Below, in pieces: positions 59,900 through 64,000 of a stretch of 64,000 nucleotides of DNA. This stretch comes from Moniliella sp. 'wahieum' (taxonomy: Eukaryota). The notes under the pieces were generated by a model. The model did not search any database. It was not told where the DNA came from and saw only the letters and a list, made by a program, of their open reading frames with translations. How positions within the stretch are numbered: position 1 is the stretch's first letter; each line of letters starts with the position of its first letter. A program made the translations under genes and the position numbers. The stretch lies in assembly GCA_003971905.1 (NCBI GenBank), contig RSEE01000113.1, positions 1 to 64,000 of the forward strand, written 5' to 3'.

Positions 59900-60900
59900 A
59901 GGCAGATATAGGGAAGTGATCCCAGTATGCCTTCAGCACGAAAGGGGAAAAGGTGATATATGATACCGGTGATGGGCCAGCCCAAAGGAGAACATTTGCA
60001 AACCCTGTGGGGTCGGAAGGGCAAGATCTGGGCACATTCGGCCGCAGTGCCCTTCTTCGCAACTAGTAATGGCCTATGTCTTATGTCTCCCAATAAGTCT
60101 GTTGGACAGCAGAATTGAATACGATGGTGTTGCAAAGGCAGCAGGCGAGACTAGGCCCAGCAGAAAGAGAGGAAAAGGGGGAAGATCACGGAGTCTCAGG
60201 CACTAGGCTAGTCTCTGGGGCTCAATCGCACACGATCAAATCCGGACCCACAGCTCGGTCGACTCGGGAGAGAGAACCACAATTCTCGGCATCAGTGGCT
60301 TATAGAGATGTTTGGCCCTGGAACCCGCTGGTCAACAGCAACGCTACCGCATTTCACAGTTATTATAGGGACTCGCAGGATTACTAGCGGTTAAACGTTT
60401 TGAATCCGGTGGAACCATACAGGCATGGGGATCACTTTTTTAAGCATCCTGTCGCAAATACAGAATACTAATGACAAACACCACAAAAAGGCATATCTGG
60501 TGTGGAACATGGAGATATGCGCATTTGACCGTTGGCATAATGAGACTGGCATCTTTAGTGTCGTCCAGGATATACTAGTGAGAGAGGCCGGGGTGGTTAA
60601 GGCAATTCCGCTGGACATATAGTTGGAGCCGGCTTTACCCACGTCGGAGGGGTCGGTGCGCGGAACAAAGGAGATGGCATTATGGACCTGACTAACCCCC
60701 CGCACAGAAAAATATGGGGTGTTCAATCATTTTGCCGTTAAATAGCTCGCCCGAGAGAGGGCGATACCTGTCACGAGCGGGAGCGACCAAGGGGCCCGCC
60801 CTGGGGTTTTAAGGGGTACAATCCCTTTTGGAGGTCCTAAGGTCGACTCACGGTAGTTACACGCTTGGGCTAGTTGGTGGTTCCGAGCGGAGCTAGGGAC
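59900..60900 (+). mobile_element. Possible degenerate retroelement relic with chromodomain-like fragment
   Basis: 60425-60622 reads SILSQIQ..KKAYLVW..FDRWHNETGI..VQDIL, resembling chromodomain spacing. A CKPC..GHIRPQC knuckle-like peptide lies near 59997-60051. Hairpins at 60747-60830. No RT or integrase core recognised. Confidence 0.3.
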
Positions 60901-63900
60901 AAGGAAAGGCCTCTCAGCTTATAGCAGAGGCGGCTGCAAGTGTGGCAAGGCTACGTAGCACATCAGTTTGGGCGGCAGTAGCGTGTCTGAAGCCTTCGGG
61001 CTCAGGTATGGGGAAGAGGCAGCGGAGGACCTACGCTGCTGGACTGGGACTGGGGGCGGCGTGGCTATAGGCAGGATCACACGCGGCTGAACTGGGCTGG
61101 ACTTCGGCTGGGGGAGCTGAGAGCTGACGGCGGGAGCTGGGGGAGTAACTAAGAGGAGAAGTTGCCTGTACTGGTTTGATCAATTGGCGAGGAGAGTAGG
61201 GGAAGACGCCAATGGACCGTGGGGGAAAGCCACGAACTATTGCTAACAGACAGGGACTAAAAGGGAAACAAGGCAACAGAGGAAGAACGGGGAACAGGGG
61301 AGAACAGGGGAGACGGCTGCCGCACGGACAACCTAGAAAGATAAGGCAAACATGCATGGGGCGACTAATGTCGCAAAGGGGTTGCCACAAGCGCAACGCA
61401 GAGACTGAGGTCAGAAAAACGGGCACAGGCGACTAGCGTCGCAAGGACAATGGAAACCGGGGGAACCACGAAACTGGGGCTCTCAATTGACTGTGGGGCG
61501 AAAGGCGACAATGGTCGCTCAGATAAGTAATACCTCTCAGAAGATCGAGTGAAGACGTAGTGTGGGTAAAACAGCAGATGGAAATAGTTCATCCGAGAGT
61601 CGCTGCGGGAGGGATTTGTGGCTTCCTGCAGTCCCGATGGCTCTTGGAGGTGATACAATCGCACTGCTAGTGGCGGTCGTGTGGTAATGGTGTAAGGAGC
61701 AATATCAATAAGCCTGTTTTGCCAGTGGGGGCCTCGTCGTTGTGTGGAGAACGAGCACAAAAAATATAAGGGTCACGGTGTAAAGATACTCCGGATGCCC
61801 GGGTCGGTTTAGGTATTCCTTTAGGCGCAGCGTCTCTTCAAGCTTCATCCCAGCCACAAGCTCTGACAATGATAATCGATAAGGTTACAATATATAAGCG
61901 AAAAAACCCTAACATATCGGATCACTTCAGACTTCAGCATGATGCAGAGGGTCCGAAGGGACCTTGCCCCCAACGCACGAGCCATGCACCCTCCGTAGCT
62001 CAATAGTGATCTCAGCCTTGAAATTTACCCTGAACAAGGGTGTGTGAGCGCGGGGTTGAGCGTCTCAGAGTTTGACGTTTAACCGATTAATCCTTCGACG
62101 TGTTGGGCGTACCAGGTACTTGGGCCTGTGTGGGCCCATGTCACACCATGTCTCGTTTTGGCGAAGGCAGCACTACTGCAGTGATCATTACAAAATTCCA
62201 ACTATCCGAGCAAGTAAAGTACCCTTTTCCACGTCATTTCTTTGTCCCTTCCCCTTCCATCTCACACGACGCATCTGTGCCAAACTAGACCGCAGCCGTA
62301 AGCAACTTGATCTTCAATTCTCGTATATATACAAAGTGCCGCGCCCCGATTAATAAGTCACAAAAATTCAAGAAGGTAGCTGGTGCTATCGTGTGCTCTC
62401 ACTCTAGAATATCCCCACACGACGGACATGAAGTAGTAGCTCTCCCGCAATCCTATTAGTTCGAACGGCAAACTTGGACGGTTCGTTGGTATGGATGAAC
62501 TTGGTGGGCTTTGGACAGTACGTTTCTACAGTACCTGTTTATCCGGATCTGACCGACGAGACCGATCGATGAAAGGGGCATATGCGTAGCACCAATTCAA
62601 AAAGGGTCTCCACGTGCAGCTCTTCATATGTGCGCAAAAGTCAATACTCAGTACTCAATCCAGAAGCGTGTTGTGGTACCTGTCGGAGGCTTCCACTTCA
62701 AAGCGCACTTGTCCGTCCTTCCGTTCCGTTTACAGCGACGGTGCGACGACAAATTAAGCAGTACTTGCCAGCGTCAGGGGATGTGAACGTTGAATAATCT
62801 CTAATGTATGTGCAAAGCTCTCAGTCAAAATGCGCTATGGGCTCTCAGATCTCACTAGTGGGCCTGTCAGCAGACCTGGAGCCCTGATGATGACGATCCT
62901 TAAGCTGATAGCAGCGGTAGTGGTAGGAGTGACCTATCCAACCAATGGAGCCTATGCTGAGACATCAACACTTTATCTCCGTGTAGCTCATCATGATGTG
63001 CGTTATGATGTGGACTCACACTAAGAGGGGTCCGTCTGTTGAGTCACAGGGTAGCTCGTGCTTCCGACCAAAAGGTCCCCTCAGCGCGCCTCAGCCCTCT
63101 CCTCAGGCCTAGGAGCTCCGATGTTAGTTCTCGCTTCTATATTTTGCCTTCTTTTGCTCTCTCCGCAGCAACAGAGGCCCTCTGTTGGCAAAACTGGTTT
63201 GTGTGGGGACTGAATGATGCATGATGTCTTGGTTTGTGGGGCAGTGAAAAAGATGGACATCACAGTGATTAAGCGCCTCTGTATTACGGCCCGACGGTCT
63301 GGGTGCTGGGCTACCGTCGCCACCTTTTTGGCCACCGTTCCATCATCGCCACCATAGCTACCGTTGCACCGTTCCATGTTTGGAGAGAATTTATCGCCAA
63401 TACGATGGCCTGCGGGTGCAATGAAGGTGCGATGTGACAGGCGGATGTAAAAAAGGAGGTGTCTTTTTCGGAAGAGAAAACTGTCAATGAGGATATGGTT
63501 ACAGAATAGAGATGGATGTGCAACATGGAAGTGCATCAGTGCAGAATGATCCTGGTGACCCAGAGATGTCCCAAGTGCAGTTGTGCAGTGGTAGAGAGAA
63601 GACTGGAGCTGGGTTGAACACAGACTGAGAATCAAAAGAAGGAGAAGAAGGAAGAGTGACACAAAAGGCCAGAGGATAGGGATACTGGGGGGGTGCCCGG
63701 ATGAGGTAGATGGTTAGGATGACCTGGGAGGTTTTGTTGACCCATAGAACCCTGGTAAACAGTGCATCAATGGCATGCATCATGTCGTCCAATTACATTA
63801 GAACCTGCCACCCTCTTCATCGTCGGCACACGTGTTGCTCCCGGAAAATCATTGCGGGGAAACGGAGGTCCATGGTCCATCAATAATATCTACCAACATT

Positions 63901-64000
63901 TCAACGTACGCGAAAGGACCCTCAAGGCCTCAACGCCTGGTCTTGACCTGCTCAACGCGTTCGACGTTCGACGTTCGACGTTGAAGCGTTGAGAAGTTCA

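Overview
Left end of a GC-rich fungal chromosome, most likely a basidiomycete (inferred from gene content and GTACGT/GTGCGT/GTATGT intron donors with CTAAC/CTGAC branch sites). It opens with 2.5 (TAACCC) telomere units and a short 18-21 bp subtelomeric minisatellite. About 14 protein genes follow: a small conserved mitochondrial-type protein, a KEN-box hypothetical, Sec2 Rab GEF, a very large uncharacterised low-complexity protein with one conserved domain, a START-domain protein, a dienelactone hydrolase, a Zn2Cys6 factor with an 88-aa acidic insert splitting the zinc cluster, gluconokinase, a C2H2 factor, DUF3602, head-to-head RPS13/RPS6, a metaxin/Sam37-like protein and an SLC35F6-like transporter. 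There is also an intron-containing tRNA-Val(CAC). Most genes, including both ribosomal protein genes, carry single-base indels, best read as unpolished long-read errors, so gene coordinates are approximate spans. Three lower-GC, gene-poor islands (~29.4-37.7, ~48.7-52.1 and ~59.8-64 kb) look like decayed mobile DNA; two contain hairpin clusters. The most striking unexplained pattern is in the intergenic DNA: 7-bp-period arrays built on one rule (6-bp palindrome A-x-y-y'-x'-T plus one base), with 12 different inner cores, concentrated in long promoter regions.
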